The translations under genes were made by a program, and so were the position numbers. The notes below the pieces were generated by a model. The model did no database searches. It was not told the origin of the DNA and worked only from the letters and a program-made list of their open reading frames with translations. Positions 1-11,306 of a stretch of DNA of 64,000 bases are shown here, piece by piece. Within the stretch, counting starts at the first letter, position 1; each line of letters opens with the position of its first letter. The stretch spans positions 158,088 through 222,087 of the forward strand of contig CAWJSK010000019.1 of NCBI GenBank assembly GCA_963845535.1, read 5' to 3'. Origin of the DNA: an uncultured Spirochaetota bacterium. GTDB taxonomy: Bacteria > Spirochaetota > Spirochaetia > SZUA-6 > Fen-1364.

Positions 1-1303
1 TCTGGCGGAACCGCACGGCAAGGTCGATGGTGTACGCCACCGCCTCCGGATCGTCCCCGTTCACGTGGAACACGGGAACGGAAAGCATCTTCGCGACGTC
101 AGTGGGGAAGAACGTGGACCGCGCGTCCCGAGCGGAGGTGGTGAAGCCGATCTGGTTGTTGATGATGACGTGGATGGTGCCGCCCGTCTTGTAGCCGCGC
201 AGCGTGGACAGGTTGAACGTTTCCTCCACGATCCCCTGGCCCGAAAAGGCCGCGTCTCCGTGGAGAATGAGCGGGACGATCTGCTTGCGCTCCACGTCCC
301 CCCGCTCCCTCTGCACCGCCCGGGCCATCCCTTCTACAACGGGACCAACCGACTCGAGGTGGCTCGGGTTGGCCACCAGGTTCACGCGCACGGAGCGGCC
401 GTCCGGATGCGAATGCTCCGTCTGGAACCCGAGATGGTAGCGAACGTCCCCGCTGGAGCTGAAGTCACCGGGGTCCTCGATTCCCTCGAACTCGCGGAAA
501 AGCTCCACCGGGGGCTTGTTGAGGATCCGGTTCAGCACCGTGAGCCTCCCCCGGTGAGTCATTCCCATGATGATCTCACGGATCCCGTTGTCAGGGGCGC
601 CGTCAACGAGGTGGTGGAGCGCCGGGATGACGGATTCCGCGCCTTCCAGGGAGAATCGCTTCTGCCCTATGAAAGCCGTGTGCATGAAATGCTCGAACTC
701 CTCCGCGGTGAGCAGGTCATCCAGGATGGCCTTCTTCTTCTCCCGGTCGAAAGACGGCTTGTTGCGGGAGGACTCCATTTCCTGGATGAGCCAGCGGCGG
801 ATGGGCTTATTCTGGATATGGAGGAACTCGACTGCCACGGTGGAGCAGTACGTCTCCCGAAGCGCTCGAATGATGTCCGCAAGCTTCATCTTGGAGCGGG
901 AAAAGACGCTTCCCGCCCAGAACTCGCTCTCCAGGTCGCTTTCCGACAGGCCGAACTCCGTCAGAGTGAGCTGCTCATAGGTATGGGCGGGCTCCGCGTA
1001 GTAGTTCTTCTGCTCGCCTTCCGCGGGAGCAAGGGGATTCAAGTGCGCATACAGATAGCCGACGTCACGGTACCCCCAGAGGAGGCTGTCCACCCTGCTT
1101 TGCTTGAACGCCATGTCGGTGGGGAGGGCGCCTTCGCTTGCAACCGCGCCTCCCCGCCTTTTCAGCGCTATGTGACTGTTCTCCTGGTCCTGGAAGAACT
1201 CGTTCCACTGTGGCTCGACGGAGCTCGGGTCCGAGAGCCATCGCTCGTGAAGTTCCTCGATCCAGGGGACATCTACGGAAGAAAGAATGGAGGAGTCAGT
1301 CAT
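1..1303 (-). CDS. sucA: 2-oxoglutarate dehydrogenase E1 component, N-terminal ~434 aa; gene continues beyond the 5' window edge
   Basis: My own translation of the minus strand from ATG at 1303..1301 gives MTDSSILSSVDVPWIEELHERWLSDPSSVEPQWNEFF...NLVANPSHLESVGPVVEGMARA...LHGDAAFSGQGIVEETFNLS..., which aligns with the SucA/OGDH E1 N-terminus. It is absent from the ORF track because it has no in-window stop. The listed + ORF 65..1471 is its low-complexity antisense shadow. Confidence 0.8.
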   Translation of the reverse strand, partial: MTDSSILSSVDVPWIEELHERWLSDPSSVEPQWNEFFQDQENSHIALKRRGGAVASEGALPTDMAFKQSRVDSLLWGYRDVGYLYAHLNPLAPAEGEQKNYYAEPAHTYEQLTLTEFGLSESDLESEFWAGSVFSRSKMKLADIIRALRETYCSTVAVEFLHIQNKPIRRWLIQEMESSRNKPSFDREKKKAILDDLLTAEEFEHFMHTAFIGQKRFSLEGAESVIPALHHLVDGAPDNGIREIIMGMTHRGRLTVLNRILNKPPVELFREFEGIEDPGDFSSSGDVRYHLGFQTEHSHPDGRSVRVNLVANPSHLESVGPVVEGMARAVQRERGDVERKQIVPLILHGDAAFSGQGIVEETFNLSTLRGYKTGGTIHVIINNQIGFTTSARDARSTFFPTDVAKMLSVPVFHVNGDDPEAVAYTIDLAVRFRQ

Positions 1304-1322
1304 ATCTCACACCTCGTGGGCA

Positions 1323-2222
1323 TCAGGAGCGCCCGTGCCTCCCCGTGGCCTGAACCGGCAATCGGGAGGAGAGGAGGCCAGGGACCTCGTCGGGGCGGTC
1401 CGCCACGGGGACCCCCGCGTCTCGGAGGGCGGCAACCTTTGCCTCCGCCCCGCCCTTTCCGCCCGAAATGATGGCCCCTGCATGTCCCATCCTCTTTTCC
1501 GGCGGCGCGGTGCGGCCGGAAATGAAGGAAACGACGGGTTTTTTCATGGATGTTGAAATATACTCAGCCGCCCGTTCCTCGTCATTCCCGCCGATTTCAC
1601 CGATCAGGGCAACGCCTGTGGTCTGCGGGTCCGCCTCGAAGAGGGCGAGGAGATCCACGAAGTTCGTGCCAATGACGGGGTCCCCGCCGACGCCAATGCA
1701 CGTGGACTGGCCCAGGCCCCCGCGCGTCAGGGCCCATACCACCTCGTAGGTCAGCGTCCCGCTTCGTGAGATCACGCCGATGCCGCCCGGCGTGTGGATG
1801 CGGCCGGGCATGATGCCCACCTTGGCGGCGCCCGGGGAGATGAGCCCCGGGCAGTTAGGGCCAATGAGCCGGCACCCGCGCTCCTGGAGGTACTGCGTGT
1901 CGCGGATCATGTCCAGCACCGGAATGCCTTCCGTGATGCAGATGATGAGCGGTATCCCGGCGTCCGCGGCTTCCCGCAGCGCGGCGCTTGCAAAACGGGC
2001 AGGCACGAAGATCACCGTGCAGTTTGCGCCTGTCTCATGGACCGCGTCGGTAACGGTGTTGAAAACCGGGATGCCGTCGACGTTCTCACCGCCTTTTCCG
2101 GGAGTTACTCCGCCCACGACCTTCGTGCCGTATTCCCGCATGGACCTGGCGTGAAAGGAACCGTCCCGGCCCGTGATGCCCTGGACGATGACGCGCGTCT
2201 CAGCGTTCAAAAGTATGCTCAT
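1323..2222 (-). CDS. sucD: succinyl-CoA synthetase alpha subunit
   Basis: 299-aa ORF with the CoA-binding Rossmann motif ([13 protein letters not shown]) and a [12 protein letters not shown] phosphohistidine loop. Start overlaps the sucC stop by 4 nt. Confidence 0.95.
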   Translation of the reverse strand: MSILLNAETRVIVQGITGRDGSFHARSMREYGTKVVGGVTPGKGGENVDGIPVFNTVTDAVHETGANCTVIFVPARFASAALREAADAGIPLIICITEGIPVLDMIRDTQYLQERGCRLIGPNCPGLISPGAAKVGIMPGRIHTPGGIGVISRSGTLTYEVVWALTRGGLGQSTCIGVGGDPVIGTNFVDLLALFEADPQTTGVALIGEIGGNDEERAAEYISTSMKKPVVSFISGRTAPPEKRMGHAGAIISGGKGGAEAKVAALRDAGVPVADRPDEVPGLLSSRLPVQATGRHGRS

Positions 2223-3364
2223 GTGTTGTTTCCCTTTCCGCCGGCCTTGGCCACGACGCCTTTGACGGCATCCGTCAGGTCCTCGTAGGCGTCTATCCCC
2301 GCTCCCTTGAGGATGGCCCGGCCTTCCGCCTCGTTCGTCCCGATCAAGCGGATCACGAGCGGCACCGGGATGGAGAGCTGCTCACGCGCCATCAGTATCC
2401 CGCGGGCAATATCGTCGCAGCGGGTGATGCCGCCGAAGATGTTGATCAGGATGGCGGCAAGGCCGCGATGCTTCAGGATGATCCGCAGGGCGTTCAGCAC
2501 CTTTTCAGGGTTCGAGCTTCCCCCGACGTCCAGGAAGTTCGCCGGGCTGCCGCCAAAGTACTTGATGAGGTCCATGGTGGCCATGGAAAGACCGGCCCCG
2601 TTGACGATGCACCCGATGGTGCCGTCCAGGCCCACGTAGGAAAGCCCGTTGGTGCGCGCGTCCATCTCGTCAGCGCCGTACTCCTCGGGGCTGCGGAGGT
2701 TCTCCAGCTCAGGGTGACGGAACAGCGCGTTGTCGTCGAAAATCACCTTCGCGTCCGCCGCAATCAGCTTCCCGGAGGAGGTTTTTGCGCACGGGTTGAT
2801 CTCCACGAGGGAGCAGTCTTTCTCCGAGAAAAGCCGGTACATCCCCTGGAGGATGGCCCACGCCTGCTCGGACAAATCCTTCCCGAAGGCGCGGGCAAGC
2901 TCCGCCATGGTGGTGGCGCGAACCGGGCCGTTGGCCGGATCCAGCGGAAACCGGATGATCCGCTCGGGCTGCGTGGCGGCAATCTCCTCGATGTCCATGC
3001 CGCCGGATGCGCTTGCGATGCATTGCACTGTCTTGCCCGCCCTGTCCACGGCGAGGCTGACGTAGAACTCAGACGCTATGTCCACCGCGGCCGCTATCAG
3101 GACGCGCTGGACCTCGATCCCCTTGATGTGCATGCCAAGGATGTCGCGCGCCTTCGCTTCCGCTTCTTCGGGGGTCTTTGCCATCTTCACGCCGCCCGCC
3201 TTGCCGCGGCCTCCTACAAGGACTTGCGCCTTTACCATCACGGGACACCCCATGGAGGCCGCAATTGCGCGCGCCTCCTGCGGCGTGGATGCGGGCCTGC
3301 CTTCAGGAACCGGGATCCCGTATTCCTTGAGGAACCCCTTGGCCTGGAACTCGTGCAGCTTCAT
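2219..3364 (-). CDS. sucC: succinyl-CoA synthetase beta subunit (ATP-grasp)
   Basis: 381-aa ORF beginning [22 protein letters not shown] with the ATP-grasp domain. C-terminal [13 protein letters not shown] ligase-CoA motif. Start overlaps the sdhB stop by 4 nt. Confidence 0.95.
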   Translation of the reverse strand: MKLHEFQAKGFLKEYGIPVPEGRPASTPQEARAIAASMGCPVMVKAQVLVGGRGKAGGVKMAKTPEEAEAKARDILGMHIKGIEVQRVLIAAAVDIASEFYVSLAVDRAGKTVQCIASASGGMDIEEIAATQPERIIRFPLDPANGPVRATTMAELARAFGKDLSEQAWAILQGMYRLFSEKDCSLVEINPCAKTSSGKLIAADAKVIFDDNALFRHPELENLRSPEEYGADEMDARTNGLSYVGLDGTIGCIVNGAGLSMATMDLIKYFGGSPANFLDVGGSSNPEKVLNALRIILKHRGLAAILINIFGGITRCDDIARGILMAREQLSIPVPLVIRLIGTNEAEGRAILKGAGIDAYEDLTDAVKGVVAKAGGKGNNT

Positions 3365-4083
3365 GAGCTTCCTTCCTTGAGCTTTGTCATTGCCCTTTTT
3401 ATCGAGTTGATGTTTTTCGTGATCTTGATCCCCCGAGGGCAGACACGGGTGCAGTTGAAGTGGTTGTCACACGCCCAGGCGCCGTCCGCGCCGTCCAGTA
3501 CGCCCATCCTCTGCGGGAAGCCGCGGTCACGGGAGTCGAAGACGAACCGCGCGGCCTGGACCAGGGCAGCCGGACCAGCGTACGCGTTCCTGTCTTCGAG
3601 AACGGGACAGGAGGAGTAGCATGCTCCGCAGAGGATGCAGCTCGTGGCGTCATCAAAGGCGGCGCGCTCCGCCTGGCTCTGGATGCGCTCCCTGCCGTCC
3701 GTCACCGGATCATCGTTGATCAGGAACGGCTTCACGGACTTGAACTTGGTGAAGAATGCGTCCTGGTCCACCATGAGGTCCCGCTGGACGGGAAGCCAGC
3801 GCAAGGGCTGGACGGTCACGATGGCGCCGTCATCCGCCGCAACGTCGCGCACAAGGGTCTTGCAGGCAAGCCGCTCGACTCCGGAGATGATCATGGCATC
3901 CGACCCGCACACCCCGTGAGCGCAGCTCCTCCGAAACGAAAGACTTCCGTCCTGCTCCTCTTTGACTTTGATCAGGGCGTCAAGGAGCCGGTCCGTGGGC
4001 TCGACCTCGACGGGGTAATCCACGTCCCGGGGAGGCTCGCCGGTCCATGGATCGAATCTTCTGATCCTCAACGTGATTTTCAT
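3361..4083 (-). CDS. sdhB: succinate dehydrogenase/fumarate reductase iron-sulfur subunit
   Basis: 240-aa ORF with a 2Fe-2S motif (CAHGVCGSDAM), a 4Fe-4S motif (CILCGACYSSCP) and a 3Fe-4S motif (CDNHFNCTRVCPRGI). Confidence 0.9.
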   Translation of the reverse strand: MKITLRIRRFDPWTGEPPRDVDYPVEVEPTDRLLDALIKVKEEQDGSLSFRRSCAHGVCGSDAMIISGVERLACKTLVRDVAADDGAIVTVQPLRWLPVQRDLMVDQDAFFTKFKSVKPFLINDDPVTDGRERIQSQAERAAFDDATSCILCGACYSSCPVLEDRNAYAGPAALVQAARFVFDSRDRGFPQRMGVLDGADGAWACDNHFNCTRVCPRGIKITKNINSIKRAMTKLKEGSS

Positions 4084-5817
4084 TCAATAAACCCTCGGCT
4101 TGGGCGCCCAGCGGGACACGTCCACGGGGCGCGACCCCATGACGGCCTCTTTCTCACCGAGCCAGGCAAGGCTGTGCTTCAGCCACCGCGCGTCATCCCG
4201 GGCCGGGAAGTCGTCCCGCGCGTGCGCGCCGCGGCTCTCCGTCCTTGCGCGCGCCGCGGTTGCCGTGAGGTACGCCAGGTCCACGAGGTTGCCCAACTCG
4301 AGGAGGCCTAAGAGCTCGGTATTGAAGCGCGCGCTTCTGTCCTGCACCCGTATTTCGACCATGCGCCCGCGCAGCTCCCGCATTTTTGCCGCGGCGAGGC
4401 AAAGGTTCTGCTCGTTGCGAAAGACTCCGACTTTCTCCATCATCACGGCCTCCATTTCCTCCCGCACGAGCCTTCCGTTCGGACCGCGGCCCTCCGTGGC
4501 GCGCGCCACCATGGCGCGCGCCGGCTCGGCCGCATCCTTGGCAAGCGGCCCGTAGCCCGCGGCTCTCACGAAGCCCGCCATGTGCTGCCCGGCGCGCCTG
4601 CCGAAAACGACGAGGTCCACGAGGCTGTTCGTTCCGAGCCTGTTGGCGCCGTGCACGGAGACACAGGCGCATTCTCCCGCGGCGTAGAGTCCTTCGTACA
4701 GGTTCCCCGATTCGTCCGCAATCACTCTCCCTTCAATGTCCGTCGGAATCCCCCCCATCGCATAGTGGGCGGTGGGTTGGATGGGAATGGGAGCCTCAGC
4801 CGGGTCGATGCCGAGGTACGTGCGGCTGAAGCCCGTGATGTCAGGCAGCTTTTTCTCCAGCACCTCCCGGCCGAGCTTCGTGGCGTCCAGCAGCACCCAG
4901 TCATCGATCCGCCCGTCTCCCCGCATGCCGTTTCCGGAGGCGATCTCCGTGAGGATTGCGCGCGAGATCATGTCTCGCGGGGCGAGGTCCAGCAGACCGG
5001 GGGCGTAGCGCTCCATGAAACGCTCCCCTTTCCTGTTCCTGAGGACGCCCCCCTCTCCCCGGACTCCCTCGGTGATGAGGATGCCCATCCCCTTGATCCC
5101 GGTGGGATGGAACTGGAAGAACTCCATATCTTGGAGAGGCACGCCGCGGCGCGCCAGCACCGCGGGGCCGTCACCGGTGTTCGCGTGGGCGTTGGAGGTG
5201 ACGCGGAACATCCGCCCAAACCCGCCCGTGGCAAAAAGGACGGCCTTGGCCCGGAACGTGTGGATTTCCCCCGTGGCAAGCTCCAGCGCAACCGCGCCGC
5301 AGCACCTGCGGCCGTCGAAGATCACGTCCAGCACGTGGAGCTCATTGTAGAACTCCACGCCGTTCTTGACGCACTGCTGGTACAACGTCTGCAGGATCAT
5401 GTGCCCGGTTCGGTCCGCGGCGTAGCAGGAGCGGCGCACCGGACCTTCCCCGAAGTTGCGGGTGTGGCCCCCGAAGCGCCTCTGGTCGATCCTGCCTTCC
5501 GGGGTGCGGCTGAAGGGAAGCCCCCGGTTTTCCAGGTCGTAGACGGCGCGCACGGCGTCCTCCGCCAGGAGCACCGCCGCGGCCTGGTCCACGAGGTAAT
5601 CTCCGCCTTTCACGGTGTCGAAGGCGTGCCACTCCGGCTTGTCCTCCTCCACGTTTCCCAAGGCTGCCCCAATGCCTCCCTGGGCGGCTCCCGTGTGGCT
5701 CCTCATGGGGTGAACTTTGGAGAGCACGGCAGTTCTGGCCGCCGCGCTCGCCTCCAGCGCCGCATAGAGGCCCGCTCCTCCCGCGCCGACAATCAAAGCG
5801 TCGAACTCGTGGACCAT
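4084..5817 (-). CDS. sdhA: succinate dehydrogenase/fumarate reductase flavoprotein subunit
   Basis: FAD-binding N-terminus ([14 protein letters not shown]) and the covalent-FAD histidine region ([10 protein letters not shown]). The ORF track starts at GTG 5862, but ATG 5817 follows a strong SD (AAGGAGGccctATG) and avoids overlap with the mdh stop, so I place the start at 5817. Confidence 0.9.
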   Translation of the reverse strand: MVHEFDALIVGAGGAGLYAALEASAAARTAVLSKVHPMRSHTGAAQGGIGAALGNVEEDKPEWHAFDTVKGGDYLVDQAAAVLLAEDAVRAVYDLENRGLPFSRTPEGRIDQRRFGGHTRNFGEGPVRRSCYAADRTGHMILQTLYQQCVKNGVEFYNELHVLDVIFDGRRCCGAVALELATGEIHTFRAKAVLFATGGFGRMFRVTSNAHANTGDGPAVLARRGVPLQDMEFFQFHPTGIKGMGILITEGVRGEGGVLRNRKGERFMERYAPGLLDLAPRDMISRAILTEIASGNGMRGDGRIDDWVLLDATKLGREVLEKKLPDITGFSRTYLGIDPAEAPIPIQPTAHYAMGGIPTDIEGRVIADESGNLYEGLYAAGECACVSVHGANRLGTNSLVDLVVFGRRAGQHMAGFVRAAGYGPLAKDAAEPARAMVARATEGRGPNGRLVREEMEAVMMEKVGVFRNEQNLCLAAAKMRELRGRMVEIRVQDRSARFNTELLGLLELGNLVDLAYLTATAARARTESRGAHARDDFPARDDARWLKHSLAWLGEKEAVMGSRPVDVSRWAPKPRVY

Positions 5818-5842
5818 AGGGCCTCCTTGACTTGCATGCATA

Positions 5843-6766
5843 CTATAAACTTTCAAGCTCACGGACGGCCCTGCGCACGGATTCCGCAGAGGCTTCGAGA
5901 GATTTTTTCTCCGTCTCCGTCAAGGGGAGCTCCAGGATCCGCTCAACGCCGTTCCTTCCGAGGATAACGGGGACGCCGAGGAAAACATCCTTGAAGCCGT
6001 ATTGGCCCCGCAGGTAGACAGAAGCCGGAATCAGGCGCTTTTCATCCTTGATAACGGCCTCCACCATCTTGGCGATGGAAGCCCCGGGCGCATAGAAGGC
6101 GCTTCCCGTCTTCAAGAGGCCGACGATTTCCGCGCCGCCCGTGCGCGTCCTGCCCACAAGTGACTCGATGGAGGTGGAATCCAGAAGCTGGGAGATGGGG
6201 ATGCCGCCGACGGAGGTGAAGCTCGTAAGCGGCACCATGTCGTCCCCATGCCCGCCCAGCACCATCGCCTGAACGTCCCCCGGCCAGACCCCGAGGCGCT
6301 CGGCGATGAACCATCGGAACCTCGTGGAGTCCAGCACCCCGGCCATCCCGATCACTTTCGAGAGCGCGAAGCCCGTCTCCCGAAGGACTGCCATGGCAAT
6401 GACATCCAGCGGGTTGGTGACGACGATGACCACGGCGTTGGGGGCGCGAAGAGCGATCTCCCGCGCAGCCTGCCGGGCAATGCCGACGTTCGTGCGGAGA
6501 AGGTCCATGCGGTCCATCCCGGGCTTGCGCGCAATGCCGGCGGTGATGACCACCACGTCACTGCCCGCCATCTCCGCGAAGTCCGTGGTGCCACGGATGC
6601 CGACCTCGTAGCCGCGAAGAGGCGCGGCGTGGAGGAAGTCCATGGCTTTGCTTTGCGCAAGGCCATCCACGACGTCCACCATGACGATGTCGGCGATATT
6701 CTTTTCCGCGATGTAGTAGACGGCCTTGGCTCCGACGTTGCCCGCTCCAATCACGGTTACTTTCAT
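5843..6766 (-). CDS. mdh: malate dehydrogenase, LDH-like (NAD) family
   Basis: 307-aa ORF with [21 protein letters not shown] (Arg at the substrate-specificity position, typical of MDH), [16 protein letters not shown] and LDSTRFR. Near-colinear with Bacillus/Chloroflexus-type MDH. Confidence 0.9.
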   Translation of the reverse strand: MKVTVIGAGNVGAKAVYYIAEKNIADIVMVDVVDGLAQSKAMDFLHAAPLRGYEVGIRGTTDFAEMAGSDVVVITAGIARKPGMDRMDLLRTNVGIARQAAREIALRAPNAVVIVVTNPLDVIAMAVLRETGFALSKVIGMAGVLDSTRFRWFIAERLGVWPGDVQAMVLGGHGDDMVPLTSFTSVGGIPISQLLDSTSIESLVGRTRTGGAEIVGLLKTGSAFYAPGASIAKMVEAVIKDEKRLIPASVYLRGQYGFKDVFLGVPVILGRNGVERILELPLTETEKKSLEASAESVRRAVRELESL

Positions 6767-7686
6767 GCTGCGGCTCCCTTCACCACGGAGGCAATCAGCC
6801 TGGCGGACTGGGCAAGCGTCTCCTTTTCTTCCTTTGTAAGCTCGGGAGTGAGAATCTTCGTCACGCCCTTCTCACCGATGATTGCAGGCACGCTCAGCGC
6901 GGCGTCCTTGATTCCGTATTCGCCCTCGAGCATGAGGGATACCGGCAGGATCCGCGAGAGGTTCATGTGCACCGCATCAGCCAGCTCCGCAATGGCAGCT
7001 GACGGCGCATAATACGCGCTCGATCTTTTTGCCAGCTCCACTACCAGGTCCCCGGCGCTTCGCGTCTCCGAGACAATGGCCTGGATTCGATCTGCGGGGA
7101 GAAGCTCCGTGACGGGGATCCCGGAGACGCTCGAGTAGCGGGGCAGGCACAGCATGTCGTCCGAATGCCTGCCAATCACCATGGCTGACACGATCTCCAT
7201 GGACACACCCAGCTCCCGGGCAATCAGCGCGCGCAGGCGCATGGAATCCAGGATCCCGCCCAGCCCCAGCACGCGGGTGCGCGGCATGCCCGAGCGGAGA
7301 GTGAACAGCGCGGTGAGTGAATCCACCGGTTCGGTGGCCACCACTACCACGGCCTCGGGGGCAAGCCGGGCCACCTCCGGCGCCAGCGCCCGGATCAGGG
7401 GCGCGTTCTCACTGTAGAGGTCTTCACGGCGCATGCCCGGGGATCGGATTCCGCCCGCGGCAATGACCACCATCTGGGACCCGGCAACGTCGGAAAGGGA
7501 ATCAGAGCCGACAAGGGAGTTGCGGTATCTCCTGATGGGCGCGGCTTCCATGATGTCCAGGGCCTTGCCGCGGGAAAGGCCCTGCTTGACGTCGATGAGG
7601 AGAACGTCCGTGACGCCCTTTTCAGCGATGAAGAATGCAGCGTTGGCCCCAACGTTCCCGCTCCCAATGATGCTCACTCGGCCCAT
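6763..7686 (-). CDS. second malate/lactate dehydrogenase-family paralog, divergent (Asn to Glu in the TNPVD motif; GRHSDDM)
   Basis: About 308-aa ORF with IIGSGNVG, GGIRSPGMRRED (Arg at the specificity position), ATEPVD and VIGRHSDDM. Stop overlaps the mdh start (ATGA). ATG 7686 is preceded by GGAGGttgaag. The track's TTG 7692 is an alternative. Confidence 0.75.
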   Translation of the reverse strand: MGRVSIIGSGNVGANAAFFIAEKGVTDVLLIDVKQGLSRGKALDIMEAAPIRRYRNSLVGSDSLSDVAGSQMVVIAAGGIRSPGMRREDLYSENAPLIRALAPEVARLAPEAVVVVATEPVDSLTALFTLRSGMPRTRVLGLGGILDSMRLRALIARELGVSMEIVSAMVIGRHSDDMLCLPRYSSVSGIPVTELLPADRIQAIVSETRSAGDLVVELAKRSSAYYAPSAAIAELADAVHMNLSRILPVSLMLEGEYGIKDAALSVPAIIGEKGVTKILTPELTKEEKETLAQSARLIASVVKGAAA

Positions 7687-7751
7687 CTTCAACCTCCATC
7701 AATGAGCCAGACCCCGTCAGGGGCCGGCGTTCACTTTCGACTAGGAAACTT

Positions 7752-9671
7752 TCAGCTCGCTCGGGCCAGGTTCAGGAGACCGCCGGCAAGGAGGATGCGG
7801 CGGTGCCTGTCCGAGACGTCGAGCTTTGCCACAATCGTCTTTCCATTCACCTGCACGGGAACATCGGAGGTTCCGCTCTCCAGGAGCTTCCTCACCGCGG
7901 TGATGCGCACCGTGTCACCCTGGCGGATGGAGTCGTAGTCCGCGGGGTTCGCGAACGTCAGGGGGAGGATGCCGAAATTGATGAGGTTCGACTTGTGGAT
8001 CCTTGCGAAGCTCTTCACGATCTTCGCCCGGACCCCGAGGTACCTCGGCGCAAGGGCCGCGTGCTCCCGCGAGGAGCCCTGCCCGTAGTTCTCACCCCCC
8101 ACGACGATTCCGCTTTTTTTCTCGCGCGCTCTGCGCGCGAAATCCTCATCCGCCTGGATGAAGACGAAGTCGGAGATGGCGGGGATGTTGCTGCGCAACG
8201 GGAGGACGCGGTTGCCCGCCGGCATGATGGTGTCCGTGCTGACGTCATTGCCGACCTTGATGAGGACCTCCCCCTCGATCGTGTCCTCGATTGCCCCGAA
8301 GGTCGGGAAAGGCTTGATGTTCGGGCCGCGAACGATCTGCACGCCGTCAGGCCGGGGAGCAGGCATGAAGAACCAGTTGGGGTTGAAAGCGTAGCGTTTC
8401 GGGTACTCGATGTCCGGATACTTGCCGAGGGTCCGCGGATCCGTGATACGTCCCGTCAAAGCGGATGCCGCCGCGGTCTCCGGCGAGCACAAGTACACGA
8501 AATCGTCATCCGTGCCGCTCCTGCCTTTGTAGTTGCGCGGCATGGTGCGCAGGGAGTTCGTCCCGCTCGCCGGCGCCTGGCCCATGCCGATGCATCCCAG
8601 GCACCCTGCCTCGCACATGCGCGCTCCTGCGTCCACGAGCGCCTTGATTCCTCCCATGGCCATGACGTTCTCGAGGGTCTGCCGGCTTCCCGGGTTGACG
8701 CTGAGGTCCACGAGGGGGTGGCGCTGCTTTCCCTCCAGGGCGCGCGCCACGATCATGAGGTCCCGAAAGCTTCCATTAGTAGAGGAGCCCACGAGCACCT
8801 GCTGCACCTCGACGCCGGAAAGCTCCGCGGCCGTTTTCACGTTGTCCGGGTTTGACGGGCATGCGACGAGCGGCTCGATCGCCGAAAGGTCGATCTTCGT
8901 GACCTCATCGAACTGGGGATCATGACCCTGCGTGAGCGGGCGAAAGTCCTTTTCCCGGCCGTTCATTCCGAGGTACCAGCGCGTCACGTCGTCCGAAGGG
9001 AAGACGCAGGCGGTGAAACCCATGTCCACTGCCATGTTCGCAATTGTCCCGCGCGCCGCCATGTCCAGCGCAGCCACCCCGGGGCCGAAGAACTCCATGA
9101 TCTTTCCCGTCCCGGCTTTTGCCGAATAGCGCCGGAGAAGCTCGAGGATGACGTCCTTCCCCGACACCCACGGGCGGAGAGCTCCCTCCACGTGGATCCC
9201 CCAGACCTTGGGGGTCATCAGGTAGAAAGGCTTGCCGGCCATGGCCATGGCAACCTCGTTTCCCCCCGCGCCGATGGCGAGCATGCCGAGGCAGCCGCCC
9301 GTGGTGGTGTGACTGTCGGAGCCCAGCAGGGTCTTGCCCGGCGCGCCGAACCTCTGGCGGTGCACGTGGTGCGAAACGCCGTTGCCCGGCGGAGAGAGGA
9401 TGACGCCGTACTTGGAGGCGCAGGAGATGAGGAAACGGTGGTCATCCGCGTTCTTGAAGTCGGTCTGGATGATGTTGTGGTCGATGTAGCTCACGGCGAG
9501 CTCGACCGTGACCCTTGGCAGCCCCATCGACTCGAACTCCAGGTACGCCATGGTGCCCGTTGCGTCCTGCGTAAGGGTCTGATCGATGCGGAGCCCGATC
9601 TCCTTTCCCGCGCCGGGCGCACCTTCAACCAGATGCTCACCGATGAGCACTCCCGTAATCGTGTCTTTCAT
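7752..9671 (-). CDS. aconitate hydratase (aconitase family; C-terminal swivel domain resembles mitochondrial-type aconitase)
   Basis: 639-aa ORF with GSDSHTTTGG, Fe-S cysteines (CEAGCLGCIGMGQ) and a C-terminal VGGENYGQGSSREHAALAPRYLGVRAKIVKSFARIHKSNLINFGILPL. ATG at 9671. First gene of the TCA operon. Confidence 0.85.
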   Translation of the reverse strand: MKDTITGVLIGEHLVEGAPGAGKEIGLRIDQTLTQDATGTMAYLEFESMGLPRVTVELAVSYIDHNIIQTDFKNADDHRFLISCASKYGVILSPPGNGVSHHVHRQRFGAPGKTLLGSDSHTTTGGCLGMLAIGAGGNEVAMAMAGKPFYLMTPKVWGIHVEGALRPWVSGKDVILELLRRYSAKAGTGKIMEFFGPGVAALDMAARGTIANMAVDMGFTACVFPSDDVTRWYLGMNGREKDFRPLTQGHDPQFDEVTKIDLSAIEPLVACPSNPDNVKTAAELSGVEVQQVLVGSSTNGSFRDLMIVARALEGKQRHPLVDLSVNPGSRQTLENVMAMGGIKALVDAGARMCEAGCLGCIGMGQAPASGTNSLRTMPRNYKGRSGTDDDFVYLCSPETAAASALTGRITDPRTLGKYPDIEYPKRYAFNPNWFFMPAPRPDGVQIVRGPNIKPFPTFGAIEDTIEGEVLIKVGNDVSTDTIMPAGNRVLPLRSNIPAISDFVFIQADEDFARRAREKKSGIVVGGENYGQGSSREHAALAPRYLGVRAKIVKSFARIHKSNLINFGILPLTFANPADYDSIRQGDTVRITAVRKLLESGTSDVPVQVNGKTIVAKLDVSDRHRRILLAGGLLNLARAS

Positions 9672-9771
9672 TCGTCACCCTTTTCCCGAATTGAGCGCTG
9701 CTGGCTATAGTATACTAAGAGGAGAACGCGCAAAGAAGCGCGAAATACCGCGAATGCAAGCACGAACTTCG

Positions 9772-9801
9772 TTGACGTCTCCGGGAGCGCGCTAGTATAT
9801 T
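9772..9801 (+). promoter_or_regulatory. putative sigma-70-type promoter for the atp operon (TTGACG, 15-18 bp spacer, TAGTATATT); the -10 lies only about 10 nt before the atpB ATG
   Basis: TTGACG at 9772-9777 and TAGTATATT at 9793-9801. atpB ATG at 9811 with no recognisable SD. Lies in the acn/atpB divergent intergenic region, which also holds the 10-bp perfect palindrome TAGTATACTA (9708-9717). Confidence 0.3.
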
Positions 9802-9810
9802 CCCACTGGC

Positions 9811-10766
<956 letters not shown>

Positions 10767-10793
10767 TCCTCGAGTAAGAGAGGGAGGGCAACC

Positions 10794-11306
10794 ATGGGAG
10801 ACACCCTGGGAGCATTCGGGATCAACCCGTGGCTCCTCGCGGGCCAGATCATCAACTTCCTCGTGATCGGCTGGGTGCTCTGGCGCTTCCTGCTCAAGCC
10901 GCTGCAGGCAAACATGAAGGCTCGCACCGAGAAGATTGCCAAGGGTCTTGAGGACGCACAGAAGGCCAGGGCGGCGCTGGAGGATGCGGCACAGGAGCGC
11001 GAGCGCGTGCTTGCGGAGGCATACGCCCAGTCCTCGCGCGTCCTGGAGCGGGCGCGTGACGAAGCGGAGCGCTTACGGGCCGCCGCGCTGGAACGCGCGG
11101 CAGCGGACGCGGAGCGGATGATCGTTGATGCGCGGGGAGTCATGGCGCTGGAGCGCCAGGAGATGGAAAGGGCCGTGCAAGGTCTCTCCATCCAGCTTTC
11201 CGGCAAGATCCTGGAATCCGTCGTCACCGGCCTGTTCAGCGAGGACGAGAAGACACGGATCGTGGCGGAAGGGATGAAGCGCATCCGCGCGGTGACTGTA
11301 TCGTGA
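10794..11306 (+). CDS. atpF: F0F1 ATP synthase subunit b
   Basis: 170 aa: an N-terminal transmembrane helix followed by a long Ala/Glu/Arg-rich helical region typical of the b subunit. Confidence 0.8.
   Translation: MGDTLGAFGINPWLLAGQIINFLVIGWVLWRFLLKPLQANMKARTEKIAKGLEDAQKARAALEDAAQERERVLAEAYAQSSRVLERARDEAERLRAAALERAAADAERMIVDARGVMALERQEMERAVQGLSIQLSGKILESVVTGLFSEDEKTRIVAEGMKRIRAVTVS

Noticed and set aside
65-1471. 468-aa plus-strand ORF at the window start
   Set aside because: Low-complexity Arg/Gly/Pro/Leu-rich antisense shadow of sucA. The minus strand encodes a clean OGDH E1 N-terminus.
2468-5967. Long plus-strand ORFs (383, 283 and 461 aa) overlapping sucC, sdhB and sdhA
   Set aside because: They lie opposite well-supported minus-strand genes, have an antisense-like composition and no recognisable motifs. 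Such spurious open frames are expected at high GC.
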